Shown here: one piece after another, positions 11,625 through 25,869 of the stretch
Numbering within the stretch: position 1 is the stretch's first letter
How the letters are laid out: every line of letters begins with the position of its first letter
DNA from: Klebsormidium nitens
Taxonomy: Eukaryota > Plantae > Klebsormidiophyceae
DNA length: 64,000 bases
Direction: 5' to 3'
NCBI GenBank assembly: GCA_000708835.1
Contig: DF237001.1
Span: forward strand, 186,001-250,000
Made by a program: the position numbers and the translations under genes
Notes under the pieces: generated by a model
Told to the model about the DNA's origin: nothing
Databases searched by the model: none
The model's input: the letters and a program-made list of their open reading frames with translations, nothing else

Positions 11625-14600
11625 ATGGGGCCTATTGACATGGCTGCCTGCCGCAGAGTGCAAAAGGAATTCAAGTCTCGGGGCTTGGGGTTGAAGATGG
11701 ATGCTGTGAAGGCGGTGGCGGACTTTGTTGTGAACTCAATGCACGAGGAGCATGAGATACTGCAGGAGATCTTCGCTGAGCTGGACAGAAAGACATGTGA
11801 GTGCAGAGTCTGTCCAATATCGACTTTTGGTGAGTTTTTGGAGAAGTCTTGCCCAACTGAAGCCATGGAAAAATGTTGAGACTGTTTGAGTGTGAAGCTC
11901 GCACCTGCCAGATGCTTCGGATACCAAAGCATTCGATTTTTGGTGCATAGTCAGGTGCAAAAGCTCTTCTTGCCCAAAATTGATTGACGGGGCTGCATTT
12001 GGCACAACACGTGCTGGGCAGCTGGCGCTTGATGCAAGGCAGACTGCCCGGAGAAACTTATGACATGTCGGAACCCCTCTCTTATGGAAGTACTTTCTAG
12101 AACCAGATTCAACTTTGTTGCAGTGAGCAGCAGCATCCTGAGCAAGGAAGTGATCGACGAGGTTCTGAGCACTCTAGCCACTGGCGGTGACTCAGGGGAA
12201 GACGCCTTCACCTTCGTAGAGGCATTCCAAATGCCAAAGTTTGACTACGACCAGGTCCGAAAAGCATTCCATCAGTCCACAGCCAAGCTGTCAATCCACG
12301 CTGATGCTAAGTCAAAGACAGCGCTGTATCGAGATCGCTTCACGTTGCTGCAGCAAAGGGTTCTCCGACAGGAAGCGTTCACAAAGCCGGCATTGGGGCT
12401 CAAACGTGCGGAAGACACGCAAACGGCGGAGGTGAGTACTGTCTTGACTTTGTTGAAGAACTGCAAGGGGCTGTGAGCACTATTCCGCCACCCCAAGCAG
12501 GCTTCTGTCCAACCGGTGACTCGGTTGGGCTTCCAGATTAGGCGTTGGCCCCAGGTTGCGCATTTGCTTTAGATGAGCTTCTATATATTTTGCAACACAG
12601 TAATTTGAGTTCTGTTGCATGGCCTGCTTGTCCGTAATTGGACAGGCAAATTATCAGTAGGTCCTGCTCACTAGCAGTCAGAATCACAAAGGAGACCAAA
12701 CAGCTAAATCATCCCTTGCAGCAAACCTTTCAGACAAAGGATCATAACAGCCAAATGACAAACAGTGTGTCTACTTGTTCTTGCAGCTGACCCCGCTGCA
12801 GTCCCTGGTCGGCAGCACCGGCACAAAGTACGTGCTGGGCTTCATCTCCCAGCTGGAGGACGGCCGCTTCTTTTTGGAAGACTCAACCACGCAAATTCTA
12901 CTTGACCTCTCGCAAGTCACGAAGGAGAATGTGACGACGGGGCTGTTTACAGAGAACAGCTTTGTGGTGGTGGAAGGGCAGGTTCTGCCAACGGGGGAAT
13001 TGCAGGTGGGACTATTCTCCATCTCAAAGGAAGTTCGATTCGCGGAAGCTGCTCGTACGTTGCTGTGTGCCCTGCAAAAAACCCTTTCATGAAGAATTTT
13101 TGATTGACGCTGGCCACATGGAGGCATGTTGCGAATCTACTTTGCAATTTCAAAACGTCTCTTGGACGATTTGGCACGTTTTCTAAGAGGAGCTGCTTTG
13201 TGATGCTGCATAACATCCCCTATGAACTTCGACCTCGTCATCCTCAGAGATGCCGTGTCGCAAAAAGGTCGAGAAGATGGTCTCTCAAGAGGGGCCGTAG
13301 CGCCTGCTTGGGCAGGTGGCGAACATGCTCGAGCTAGGTCTCTTGCAGGTTTCGAACATGGGGTGCCCCCCAGTTGAGGACCGAGAAACGACATACCGGT
13401 TGACGGGTGGGCTGGACTTCTTTGGCGCGGGTGTGATCCCGTTAGAGAAGTATGTGAGTACCATTTCGCAGCATAGCCTGCAGCTGCGTCACACAGGAGC
13501 AGAGTCCCGTCTGAAGAGGGTCGGAGAAGTAGGCGCGTGCATACGAAGGTAGTCTCTCCAAATCAAGCATGATCAGATCTTGGTTACACCTAAGCATACC
13601 TGCTCTTAGATGTAAAATTTCGGATTTCCTGTTGAGTTGCTTAGCGCCTTTCGGATCCTCAAACACTTCACTGGAAGCAGTCTCAAAGAGACGGACTCAG
13701 TATATCAAGGCGCTCGTCCATCTATTCCCTTCAGTCTCCATAGTGTGTACGCTGGACGCAATGCGCCTAAGATTGAGTCCCGTTGCTGATACTGGTATCG
13801 TTTGCAGGAGAGTTTGCGGGAACAGGAGGAGGCGGCGACGGAGCACTCGTTCATGTTCTTCTCCGACCTGCATCTGGACGACGATGAGGTGCGTCGAACT
13901 TTCAAGGATCTCGAGATTTCGCTTTGTGACCAGTTGAGCTGACTGCTTCAAACTTTTAATTTGTGCATTGCGAAGGGGATCTATGACTGATCTGTTCTGC
14001 CCACGAACAAGAGTGAGTGACAGTTTTCTCGAAGGCGACGAGGACCGTCTTGAAGCCTACTAGCAGGAAAAATGGTAACTCCCTGTCAGAGTCACGGTGG
14101 CTGGAACAGTCTGCTGACTTATATGGATATGCTGCGCGGCATGCAGACGTTCCGGCGGCTCGAGAGCACGCTGGCCACCTGCCAGGAGAGCAACTTCGTC
14201 CCCTCCCTCTTTGTCTTGATCGGCAACTTCTGGTCTCGCCCGTGCAACCTCGCTAATCACGACTACGCACATATGAGGTGAGAGCGGGCCGCCGACTTTG
14301 TTGCAGACCGGACACACCTTTTCGAAGTCCCACGTTCGAGAGCTGGAGCCGCTTGCTCGCATAATGTCAGCTTCAGAACAAGAAGGATGGGGTGATCCGC
14401 TCAAGCGAGGGGCAACCGGTCACGGCTCAGTAATCTTGTTCCAACAAATCAGAGAACCCATAAGCCCAGTGGTTAGTGCCTGGGGTGGGTGGGGTAGTAA
14501 GTAGTGGAGTTCGGGTGCAAAGCTCGTAAACCTCTGGTGTGCAGTTTTTCTTGCACCCAAAGACGTTCCGTTTACTAGGCCTACTGTTCGCTACTTCGAG

Positions 14601-16984
14601 ATGATTACGTTCACCAGCTTTCGCTGCTGCGCACTTCGTTCGGTCTGAGCCGCTTCTCTCTTTGCTGCAGAGCCCAATTCAAAAAGCTTGCGACGACGAT
14701 AGCGGCGTTCGCTGACGTCAGAGATGCGACGCAATTTGTCTTCGTGCCTGGCCCTGGAGATCCTGGTGAGAAGTGGGGCGCGACGGTGGAAAGAAGAGCT
14801 ACTTTTCGGCAGCCTGGCTCTTTTTGATCCTTTTCAACTCACTTTATGTGGCTTCGCTAAGTCGCAATCGGAGGAGAAGGGTCCAACGAACAAGTCTACT
14901 CCCTTCGTTAAAGCAAGCTCTGAGTCAAGGAGAAGAAGCGCTTATTCAGATCAAAAGTGTAACTAATCCGTTCTTCAAAAATCACGCTGTTACGATGTTC
15001 GAACCTCACACGTTTGATCTGACGTCATGATTATCTCGAGCCAGCAAACGCTTGGTAAAGGACGCAACCGGCATTCATAGAACCTCAGGTTGTAAGGCAC
15101 TCGTCCTGAAAACTCTCAAGGAAGATCATATTAAGCCAAGATAATGCTAAGCTCAGACTATTGTAACGCTATATCCCTAACCCAAAAAGAAATTCGCTCC
15201 ACACCCATACTTACCCTAAGCACCAAACTAACCCTACCCGTCCCCATGCGGACACCCTATTATTATCTCGCCTTACTATTATCTTTCTTCAGTTCAATCT
15301 CGTCTTGTGGTGCAGGGCCCGCCAACGTGGTCCCGCGGCCGCCCCTTCCCAAGTTCTTCACCAACGAGATCAGCTCCCTGCTTCCAAACGCCGTCTTTGC
15401 CAGCAACCCGTGCAGGTCAGTCTGCATCTGACGATGCAATTTCACTTCCAGCCTTGAAGACCCATGATGATCAATGCTTGAAGGCAGCATAAAACACTCG
15501 TCGCTCAGAGGTTCGCGATCGAGCAACTCCAAGCAAATGTCGTGCTTTCCGCTGTCCAGTCCAGTCGAGAGTTGAGATTTGCATAGCTTATAAGCCGCTG
15601 TGCAAGTCATATGGATAGCTGCCAGCGATCCGAATAGCCATAGAAGCCTTCGCTCCAGAAGAGTCCCAACTAGTCACAACGAGAGTCACATCAGAGTGAG
15701 CAACTTTGAGACACAGCCGCACGTTTCCGACGGCCACGCTGAGTGCTTTCTCCGGAAACGTCCTTTCGATCTCCAAAAGCTTTGTCGCTTGAACCCACTT
15801 TCCAAGGGGGCGACGCTGATCTTGAATCTTCTCCCTCTGCAAAAGGCAACTCGCACGTTTCCCTAAGCGCTGCTTCCGTTTCCGCAGGATACGGTTCTAC
15901 ACCCAGGAGATCGTCATCTTCCGAGAGGACCTGCTGCACAAGATGCGGCGAGCGTGCGTGGTCCCCCCCTCCGAGAAAGAAACGACAGACCCGTTCCAGC
16001 AGGTATGGACACAGGACCAACCGGGCTGTTCGTCGGGGCCTGTATATGTATTGTACCTTAGCGATGAGGGTGGACTAGACGCTTGGAGACGCCCCGTGCC
16101 TCTGGCCAACTTTTCGTCTCCTCTGATTGGGTGCGAAGGGAAACATGCAGTCACGAACGCGCTCGTTGCTGGAAAGCCCTGCTTTTGCCGATCATTTGGA
16201 TCGAGGGAGGACACCGCCAAGCTCTGCCTTCCTAAAATGGATACCTGCTTCCTATCTTAGCGATAAAAGCGACGGGGTCGATTTGTGTCTCAACCGGCGT
16301 CAACAATCATATGACTATCATCGCTGAAGAGCAGTTGCTAGAGTGGATGAACTTTCGAGGGCGGAGACCAGCTTCTCTTTGAGTCTTTAAGGGTGGAGCT
16401 CTTTGCACGCAGACATGGCGGGAACTGACTTTAACGTGCCAGTCCTTTTCCGGGGTAGGAAAAGCCGGTGTTTATACAGTCCAGACTGTTTCCTGTCTTT
16501 GGTACAGCTAGCGGTGACGGTGCTCCAGCAAAGCCACCTGTGCCCCCTGCCGCTCCAAGTACAGCCCATCTTTTGGGAGTACGACCACGCGCTGCGGCTC
16601 TACCCCCTGCCGGACGTCGTGAGTGTGCCACGTGGCCATTGTCTTTGTAAAAAGGGGTTCTGATCGTTCAACATTTCGGATCGACGCCCAAAGCCTCGCG
16701 CAATGTCGCTCGTGATTTAGTTGGTGCATCGGTGCAGATTTGCACGGCCAACGGCTAACCCTAATCTTTTGCACTCCGCCTTTTCTGATACGACCTCGAA
16801 GCTTTTAGATTCCGAAAGAGGAACCTATCTTCTCTTTGTGCAGTTGGTGCTGGCGGACCGAGCCGAACAAAAGGAGTTTGTTTACGAGAACGTCGTGTGC
16901 TTCAATCCTGGGTCGTTTGCGAACGACAGCAGCTTTGTAATCTACAGACCGGCTCCTCGAGAAGTGGAACTGAACAGCTTGTGA
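11625..16984 (+). CDS. POLE2: DNA polymerase epsilon subunit B (DPB2/POLE2)
   Basis: About 11 exons, for example 11625-11778, 12124-12431, ~12787-13006, ~13349-13451, ~13809-13886, ~14150-14277, ~14671-14770, ~15316-15414, ~15888-16002, ~16508-16620 and ~16843-16984. Motifs: [110 protein letters not shown], and NPGSF near the stop. Confidence 0.93.
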
Positions 16985-17049
16985 TAGCATCAAGGCTCAA
17001 GTGTCGACTCTCGCAATCAAAAGGGTCTGGGTATGGTGCAACTGGCTCT

Positions 17050-17760
17050 CATGCCTTACACAATGGCTGTCTGTTTAGAGGCTTCGTGCATTTGGTCACG
17101 GAAATCAGCTTATGAGCTGCACTGATGCTTGCAGATTTTCATTGCATTGCCGGCACAGCCCTCGAAGCAAGTTGGTCCTGAACAGCCCGCCGACCAGCCT
17201 TGACATGATGCACCGGATATTGCACAGGACACATGATGTGCGTCGACATGCCATGACGTGGTTCCCTGATTCAAGAGGCGGAGTCACTCTTCATCAACTG
17301 CGATATGTTTGTCCGTGCAATGATGCGTAGATCCATGCGGCTGGCGGATTGGACCATCTAACTCCTCAGATTTCGATCGTCCCTACATGTACTGTTCACT
17401 ACGAATTGCACATGCATATCAGGGCATGCATGTCAGTGTGCCAAGCCTGGCCGTCCCGGCCGCGGCCGGAGAGAACGAGCCATGCGCCGTCGTACCGGGG
17501 CTTCACATGCACTATTCCGATAAGATAAGTTACTTGAACTTGCATGACCATCAATGACATAGGCATGCATGGAAATGAACGCGGCCGGCCAACAATGACA
17601 ACTTGCCGGACTTGAAGTTCTGCAGTGCGCGCTGAAGTATAGGTGCCAGATGAATGATCATGACATGCAATATACAAGTTTTAGCATGAGTCACTAAGTG
17701 GCCGGCAGATATTTCCCATACAGTAAATTCATTTTATGGACATGGTGACGTCACGTGACG
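17050..17760. other. Palindrome-rich intergenic island B (between convergent POLE2 and ERMP1 3' ends)
   Basis: GCACATGCATATC, GGCATGCATG (twice), CCCGGCCGCGGCCGG, GCGGCCGGCC, GTGACGTCACGTGAC. No credible exon. Confidence 0.55.
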
Positions 17761-17964
17761 GTCAGTCAGAGCTAAATTGCTCTGCATGGATTCTCCTAAA
17801 TCACGTTGGAAACCGGCATTCTTTCAGCATGCCGGGTGGCCACAGCAGAAGGGGCCCCAGCAAGCTCCTCGTTTCTTAATCAGTGCCTCAATGGAGCGAG
17901 AACGACATCATCAGAACGCCTCTTTGTCTTCTGGTTTCCTGTGAATGTATACGGACGAAAAATT

Positions 17965-20900
17965 CTAGACCTTCCATGTTGATATGTAGCTTGTAAGACC
18001 GATGAAGTCGACCCACGCAGGCAGGCTGCTTTTAATCTTCTCGAGCTCAGAACTGGAGTCAAACTTAAGCACCGCAAGGTCTATTCGAACCTTCTTCGTG
18101 CCTTCCGCCTGCAAGGAGTTGGCCATGAGTTAGCCGTGCATGCTCTCTTCGGCACAGGTTCGTAGAAGAGCAGACAACTTGACGTAGGACAAACGAGAGG
18201 CGACGTGCTCGCAATAGGCTCCATGTGTTATCGGCCCCAGACAGTGACGCACCGAAGGGAACCCAGCTCTTCAAGAAAAGCTGGGCAGACGAGTTCGCGA
18301 GAGCACATCTTGGAAGAGAGCCCTCCTACATACAAGGACCAGCCCTCTCGTCCTCACCTCTATCCAGAACCGCCATTTTTCCGTGCCCGGCCCCCCTGCG
18401 TGTCTTGCAATATACGAGACCGGCCCGCCCGGTCGCTGCTCGGGGGCCGGCAGCTGGAAGTTTCCCAGAGACCAACCCACAACCGGCCCCGTCACGTTGA
18501 TCGTCCGCCACGCGTGGCCCAACGCCCTACAGGTGCAGAACGGGACACGTGTCAGCACAATAAAAACTCATATGAGCGTCCACTTGTCTGGACCGCTGAC
18601 TGAACCAGATGGCTTGAGTGGAGACAGCTTGCTTGGCAGCACTGCAAATGCTGACCTCTAACCCAAACGCAAATCTCGTTCTTGTTCACTCCGTCGAGAA
18701 ATGCAGTTAAAAACGTGACCGAGTTCGAGAAGGGATCGCGGAGAGTTACACGATGACGGTACACTTGAGGGAGACACCGCTTGGAAGCGTCGCCTTTTGC
18801 TGCCGCACAAAGTTGACCCCCTAACCCGACTTCCAGTCTGGGCAGCTCGGCTTAATCTTGTCCGCTCAATGACAGAGATATGGCCATCGAATGGCCCGTA
18901 GTCCCCCAGATGCAAGTTGCACCAGTGAGCTGGGCGGAGAGAAATGAAAAAGTATTCCGAGAGAATTTGCTGCTAACTCTGCCGGTCTGTCACCCGAACA
19001 AACAAAAGCTCAGCACTGCGCAACTGTCGTCTTGCAACTCACCCGTTATTGATCTCGACGAGTATTCGTCTCCGGTCGTTCTCCAGCGCCTCATTCGCAA
19101 TGAGCTTGAGGCGCGGGAACGGCTTCCGCTGCGCCACCGCTGGCAAGTCGACCGACTGTTCCGGCAGAGACACGTCCCGATGCACCATCTCCGAGAGGGG
19201 GAAGAGCCCCTGCAGGAATGGACGGCTCACGGCTCAACGAGCAGACATCGGACGGCTTAAAAAAGTGCGAAGCTTGTTGCCGGCATGAAAAGGCCACCCG
19301 GCAAGCGTAACTAAGATGGTCAGGATTCGCGGCCACGTGTACCCACGGGATTGTATGAAGATGAAGTTTGGCAAAGGAAGCCCGTTAATTCCTGACACAG
19401 AAAAAGCAGACGTCAAACATACATGATTGGTTCCAGCTTTGCGGTAAGGAAAGGACTATCAGTACTGACACCTGCAATACTTTCATCATGTTAACAACGG
19501 CCACGACTGACTTCTTCGGACACCTGTAAGCCGATACCGATGGGACAAGCAAAAGTCTAACGGAACCAGAGTCGCGAAAAATGAAGGGCTAAAGCAAGGC
19601 GAAAGAGAGAGTCAACGCACCAGCCACGTGTTTGGAAGCGTCTTGTGGAAGGCCTCGTCCCCCGTGACATTGAAGTGCTCGCGCAGAGCGGGCGACTGGT
19701 CGAAGATGAAGGTCGGAGCGAGGGGGTCGAAGGTGAGCAGCGAGAACTCGCGACCGATCACGTCCTTCTTGCCTGGGACGAACACCCGAGGAACAGACGT
19801 CAGTTGAAGGCATCAAACAGTCAGGGTAGCTTTTCACACTCAGTCGGCCAGTGCCTCCAAAAGGACGGAGTAATGGTGACAGAGCAGTCGTTCAAAAGAG
19901 ACAGTGACTGAGTACCCGAAAGGAAAGAGCAGCAAACGCGAGGACCTGCACAGACTCAACCAGGGACTTTAAGCAGAGTGCCGTACTCTAGAAGGTGCAG
20001 CTTGCATGGTCGCATCTCGCTGCCAACTCAGCTTTTCAGCGTCTAATTGAACTTGAATTTGGTAGAATAACAGTCCATTCTGAAGCGCCAATCCCGAGAC
20101 CGCATCGCTTACCCTGCGTCCATATCGTATGCTGCACGGCCAGGCGCTTCAGCTCCGTAGTCGTGTACGGGAACAAGAAGCTTCCAACGATGGTCCCGAT
20201 CAAGGTCATAACTACCAAGGCCCGCATGACGCGCCACGTGGCGAGCCAACGCCGAAGGACGGGCGCGAGGGGCGCGGCTATGATTGCGGTGAACAGCGAA
20301 AAGATGATGGCAATCGCCACGTCACCCACGTACGAGCCTGGAGGGATGGCGAGAGGGGCGTCACTAACAGCCCAGAACTAGCGCAGATGCTTGGAAGTGC
20401 GCTAACCTCGATCGGGGGCCGTAATGGGCGGTGAGTGGTGAGATTAAGGGATACTCAGTGTTAGGAAGTACTTAAAGATATGCGGTAATGCTGTTCAATA
20501 ATGCAGAGCGCCCCTGTTTCTAAGCAGGACGTGATACAATAGCTCCGAAGCAGGGAACAGAAGGGCCAACTCTGAAAGATGCATGTCGGCAAGCAAAACG
20601 GGTCTTCTTATGCCCTGGCAGACAGAAGCAGGGATGAGATGCAGGGATAAATTTATTCTGCTCAAAAGAGAGCCGCGAAGGCGGTTCAGCTCACCGATCG
20701 GGTCTGGCCAGTTGCCGCTGGCGCCGATCTTCTGGGCGGTAAAAGTGGCTATGGTAAGCGCGATGTAGAAACACTGCGCCATGGGAATAGCCGCGATAGT
20801 GAGGTAGACTGCGAGCCCAGGGAGGGTTTGGAAGCCGCCCGCCTCGGTCGCGATTTGAAAGCCCGGCAGAAGAACCATTGCCCAGAACATGAATATGTAG

Positions 20901-23900
20901 CTGCCGCCCACGCCCAGGTAGATGAGCACCTGACACGTGGCAACACAAGTAAGATCAACTGACGGGGGTCGCAAGAAATGAGAAGGCTGCTTTCTTTCTT
21001 TGTGCAGGGGAGTAGCGCCCAAAGCTCGTGCTGGAAAGGGAATCGAGAAAGCAAATCTTCGAATGAGAGACCATCGTTTGTTTTTCGACATTGGGCTATC
21101 AACCTTGTTTAGAACGCATTGCCTTTGGAGCAGTTTCTATGCTTCATCTGGGCAACTTCAAGTTTTATCTGCAATTCCCAGCTGGATTAAAAAGCAGCCG
21201 TCACCCTCCTTGTCCTTGAAAGTCGATAGACAAAACGAAAGAGCCATGTTGCATGTTCATAGAGAGCACTGCAGTCAACGCAGCAAGCGACGCACCGCGC
21301 TCAGGAGAGCGTTGAAGCCGACGGCGGAGCCCCAATGACCGGTGAAGTCCAGGGCGCGCTGCTGGCTGGAGGTTTTGGCAGGCGAACAGGAGCGGAGACT
21401 TTGGACCAACAAAATGCCGAGCAGCGCCGGCGGGATGTACATCAGAGCCGCAACCGACGGCTGCGCTAGCCTGCACAGGAGTTAAGGTCGTTGTAGTCGT
21501 AGGCAAAATGTTGTTGACGGCGCGAGACGACGTAACGCCCGTACGTTTCTTTGCAGACGAGCGGCAACTTCGAAGACATTGACGGCAATGGACAAGCAAC
21601 TTTCGGCCCATTGAAACAGAGAGGCCAATGTCATGACAGGTCACAGAATCCGTACAGTCGGGCTTCGACAGCCACCGTTTGTCAGAGCTCGCCCTATCAC
21701 AGGCATCTGGTTGCAGACTTTCATAAGTTCCGGCCGCTCCGCTATCCAGTGCGTAGCAGGGTCTCTCATAGGTTCCAAAGGCAGCCTCAAACCCGAGTTT
21801 GAGTCGTCAAATGTAAACAAGCGTCTCACCAAGTGATGGGCTTCCCTGAGACGGCAACTCTAAGAACTGCCACACCGACCGCGAAAATGACGGCAAGCAC
21901 CCAGGCAGCGCCGGTTTGGAGAATCCCTGACACGATTGCGTTGAAGCGCCGGGGCATGCCCCGCAGTCCCGATGCGTGGTCGGAAGTAAAGAGGGGAACC
22001 ACGGCCAAAACGGCAAGCGGCGTGAGGTGAAAGATGAGGGCGTTCCAGCGGGGGTAGTACACCTGGACGAGGAATAAGGCATCTTTCAGAAAGGTTATGC
22101 ATATGAGTAAAGATGGATTGCAGAAACTACATGGAGCTTTTGGAACACAAAAAGGCGCCAATCTCCTGCGGTTGCTGTTTTGAATGAGGGGCAATCGAGC
22201 GACTCGTAAGAACGAAAGGAGGACGCAGGATACTTAAGCACGCACTGACTAAACGAAAGTAGGGCAACTGCCTCGTGGCAGGTAGACACGTCGCAAAATG
22301 TAGGCAGCAATTTGACACAGCTCCACCCACACAAAAAGTCCACACACTAGAATGACGGCTGCACTGCCGGTCTGACATTGACCCACTCAAGTGACGACTG
22401 CACTGCCCGCATGGAAACGGCGCACCTGGATATACCCCAGGAAGTCCCAGAAGACGGCCTGCTGTTTGGGCAGGGCTGACAGCGGGTCGTTCAGCTCAGG
22501 CGCCACGCTGAGGCCTTTTGTCAGCGCGTACAGGTTCTCCCCCATTGCTTGGACGGTGCCGCGCCTGCAGCCAAGGCCCGAAAGTGTTTCGTCAGTTTCA
22601 ATCAGTGAACGGTAAAGCCAGCGAACGGGAGCTTTTGACTCCAACAAAACCCTATACCAAAGCTTTACGACCCTGCACCCGTCCCCACTCTAAGCGATAC
22701 AAAACTCCACCCGTCCTAGTTACTGTTCAACGGGCTTGATGGTTTTCAGAGCATTTGGAGTAGGTGTCTAGACGCTTCGCAAGGAAGTACTCCACGGTGT
22801 TGATGGATAAGGGCGCTTTCGCAGAGAGTCAACAACTGTAGCGGCAACAAACAAACTGGGAGTTGGATGAGAAAGATCCACAAGAGCGCGTTGGGACAGA
22901 CTTTGAACAGAAGGTACTCGAAAGGGACTTCAGTCCAATGCTTAAAGAGTCAACGTTCCTGGTTCCTCATCGCGCGAGATCAATAGTGAGCCGTCCACTA
23001 TTGCGAACTTTGACTCCCACTTTTAGATTCACGAGTGACGTTGAAACGTGCAGAGGAGGAACGAAACCGATCGATATCAGCGTCTTTGAGGTGTCACTCT
23101 TCGCACTCACAGACGAACAAGCTGAGGGACTCTGCATGGGGGTCGAATGTACGAGCGATCGCACAGAACAAATGGTGGGCCAGAATTGAAAAGCTTCTTA
23201 GAATGAATCTTAATACCTGATGCGGTCGGGCGTATCCAGAGTGGTGTGATACGCATACGAGTCCAGCAAGGACAGCACATCGACGCCGGGAATATTCCCA
23301 AAGTCCTGGGCAAACACGCGAAAGTCGGTGTCCCCTGGGAGGACATGCATGTCAAACGTGTCCTGCAAAACGAGAGAAATGGATTAAGGAGAGGACTCCG
23401 CACAAGGTGAGTCGAGCGTTTGAGGGCACCGTTGGCATCCGTCGCTCTTTTGAAAATTGGCTGAAATTCAAAGAACGTCTTGAAGAGCGTTCCGTTTCAC
23501 AAGGGCGTCCAAAACCCAACTGTGATAGGCGAATTTTACACTGGTTCATTGGAAATGCATGCGAATCTAAAGAAAACTTAAGATCGCCCACACGACTGTT
23601 CAGGAGCCTCCTCTGCAAGATGATAAACTCATCAGCCAACACCTTCTACGCTTAAGAACACAACCATGATCATGCATATTCTCGTGCGCCTCAACTCGTC
23701 ATGTCACACATCATTGGGATCCTCAGCCGTATAGAGGTAAGGAGGCTGTCGAAGAAGTCGGGGCAGAAAGCATGATCTGCAAACACAGTGCCAGAAGTGA
23801 CCACCAGAGTCTTGTAGTAAAACTTTGTTTCACCTGCGCGATCACGCTTGCCCTAGGGTACGGCACCACCTCCGAGTACACCCGCACTGGCCACAGCTCC

Positions 23901-25769
23901 TTTCCCGCTGCTTGGAACAACAAGTCGGGACCGCCCGGCCCGGTCGACTCGATGTTTATCACCGCCCCGATCGAGTCGCTCCACTTGTGACCGGAGAGGA
24001 AACCGTGTGCGCCCATGCTGAAGGTCTCCTCCGCACCATTGAACAGGAAGATGAGCGGGGCAGGGGGGGCCTCGGGGGAGGCGGCGAACAAGCGAGCGAT
24101 CTCGAGGCCGACGGCTGCGGGAAAAGTCTGACATTGGGTTAGTGGCAAAGTCGAGTCATTTAAGATAAGGAGAAACGAAACGGACGGCTGCCGCTTTTCA
24201 AGAACAAGGGAGGTTTTGGTGGCAAAGTGTGGTCATTGAGGGAAAGGGAGAACAGAATGACGATTGCCGCTTTTCGACCGAAGAAAGGCTTGTACATCAA
24301 TCTTGTGTCAACATTAGCGGACTGAGGACATCTCTCTCGGACAACACAGAATGAACATGCAATTTTGGACGGACAAGACCTTGTCCAAGATCGACCGACT
24401 CACCAACGCACTGCGCGCAATCTGAGGCGCCTGGCGACCCCACGGCAGAGTCAAAGTGAGCGTTCATAAGAACGGCCTTGCTTTCCAGGTTGCTGTTCGC
24501 CCCCGAGATCCTGCACAGTGCCCCATCGTCACAGTTTTCACCAGCAGTTACTTGTAACCAGGGGGGGAGCTAGGGATCACACATGGGCTGCCGATGCAAG
24601 TTGCAATAGCCTTGACGCCACTTTGGTTGCTCATTAGAGAGTATCCATGGGCTGGTCCCTTGCAGACTTGACCTCCTTTCTCTCAATCTGGCAGATTAAT
24701 TGCACTGCTTGTGTGGGCTTACCTCAGCACGATATTGGTGACGTTTTCGTACTCCATTGCCTGCAAGTGACCCACTTTGGCAAGTCACACAATAGAAGTT
24801 TGCCAGTAATGATGGTCTATGACCCAGTCCGCTAGGTCAAAACAGGGGCAAGAAACGGGGGCAAGAAACGCTTGGTCAGACTTGGCAGAAAAAAATGCCT
24901 TTAAAAGGTCAGTTCAAAGCGCAACACAGGTTGTGTGGTTGTTGTGGGGCACATACCATGTTGTGCGTCAGGATGTTCATCCAGAATGTCCCACTTATAT
25001 GCTGCTCATCAATCTCAACGCGCAAGTGATCTCCCGCTATGCTTGCAATTTTGTCCAACTCTTCCAGAATATACGCTGCCGCTCGCATGTGATTGTCCGA
25101 TCCCACCTGTATGGAGTAACAAAGTTGGTAAGATACAAATATTTTACTTATAGCATTTTACTGTAGAATTCCCACGTTGGTTCGATTGGCATGTCAATTG
25201 AGGTTCATTGACTATCCAAGTTGGCTTGAGCAAACACATCGATGTGAAACACAGGGAACAAAAAGGAAAGCGGGTTGAACAATCCACGGCTCCTTGCCTA
25301 AGGGAAGGCAGTGGTGGTGCTCAATTTGGCAGGGCAAGTTGGACCCCCGATAATTTCCCCCTTCTTTATTCATTTGTAACAGCATTACAATTTGATCTAG
25401 AATGGCGAGATCATCTTCAAGATTCCAGCCTCCAATCACCACGCACGTCCACCACTGCAGTTGTCTCACCAGTCGAATGCCGATATCCCCTGCCAGTGCC
25501 TCCACATGTTGCAGCGCGCGTCCCTCAGAAAACATATGAGCTGGCGCCCTTTCCGACATCGGCTTTGGAACTCTGTACACCGCATGATGCACCACCCCCA
25601 CAATCGCTGATGTGAACATCAGGAGAAGCAGCACGGCGGATAGCTGTGACGCAGCCTCCGGTGCATCTTTGTTGCGGACCCGTGCCTGCTTCAAAACATC
25701 TGAGGGGGCCTCGCTTTTCTCCTGTTCCTGAGGCTCCTTGGTGCCAGTCGGGCGCTGCCTGAGCGCCAT
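17965..25769 (-). CDS. ERMP1: Endoplasmic reticulum metallopeptidase 1-like (M28 peptidase with multiple TM helices)
   Basis: N-terminal TM segment (LLLLMFTSAIVGVV), then FSEGRALQHVEAL, NAHFDSAVGSPGASDCA (~24480-24410), LIFLFNGAEETFSMGAHGF, VINIESTGPGG, PGDTDFRVF...AYHTTLD (~23350-23220), hydrophobic exons at ~20000-22500, and C-terminal INVTGPVVGWSL...EKWRFWIE and VRIDLAVL...SYISTWKV* (last exon 18108-17965). Confidence 0.9.
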
Positions 25770-25860
25770 TGCTGCCCCTGTTTACATCCGATATCACAGC
25801 AGGGAAGTGCATGCCGGCTGCAGCCATGCTCCAAGCTACTTGTTTGGGCCTAGGGTTGGA

Positions 25861-25869
25861 AAACCCTAA
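25861..25869 (+). promoter_or_regulatory. Telo-box (AAACCCTAA) in the ERMP1 / SET-gene divergent promoter
   Basis: AAACCCTAA at 25861, next to TGGGCC (site II-like, ~25845) and TAGGGTT (~25851). A second TTAGGGTT lies at 26317-26324. Confidence 0.45.
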
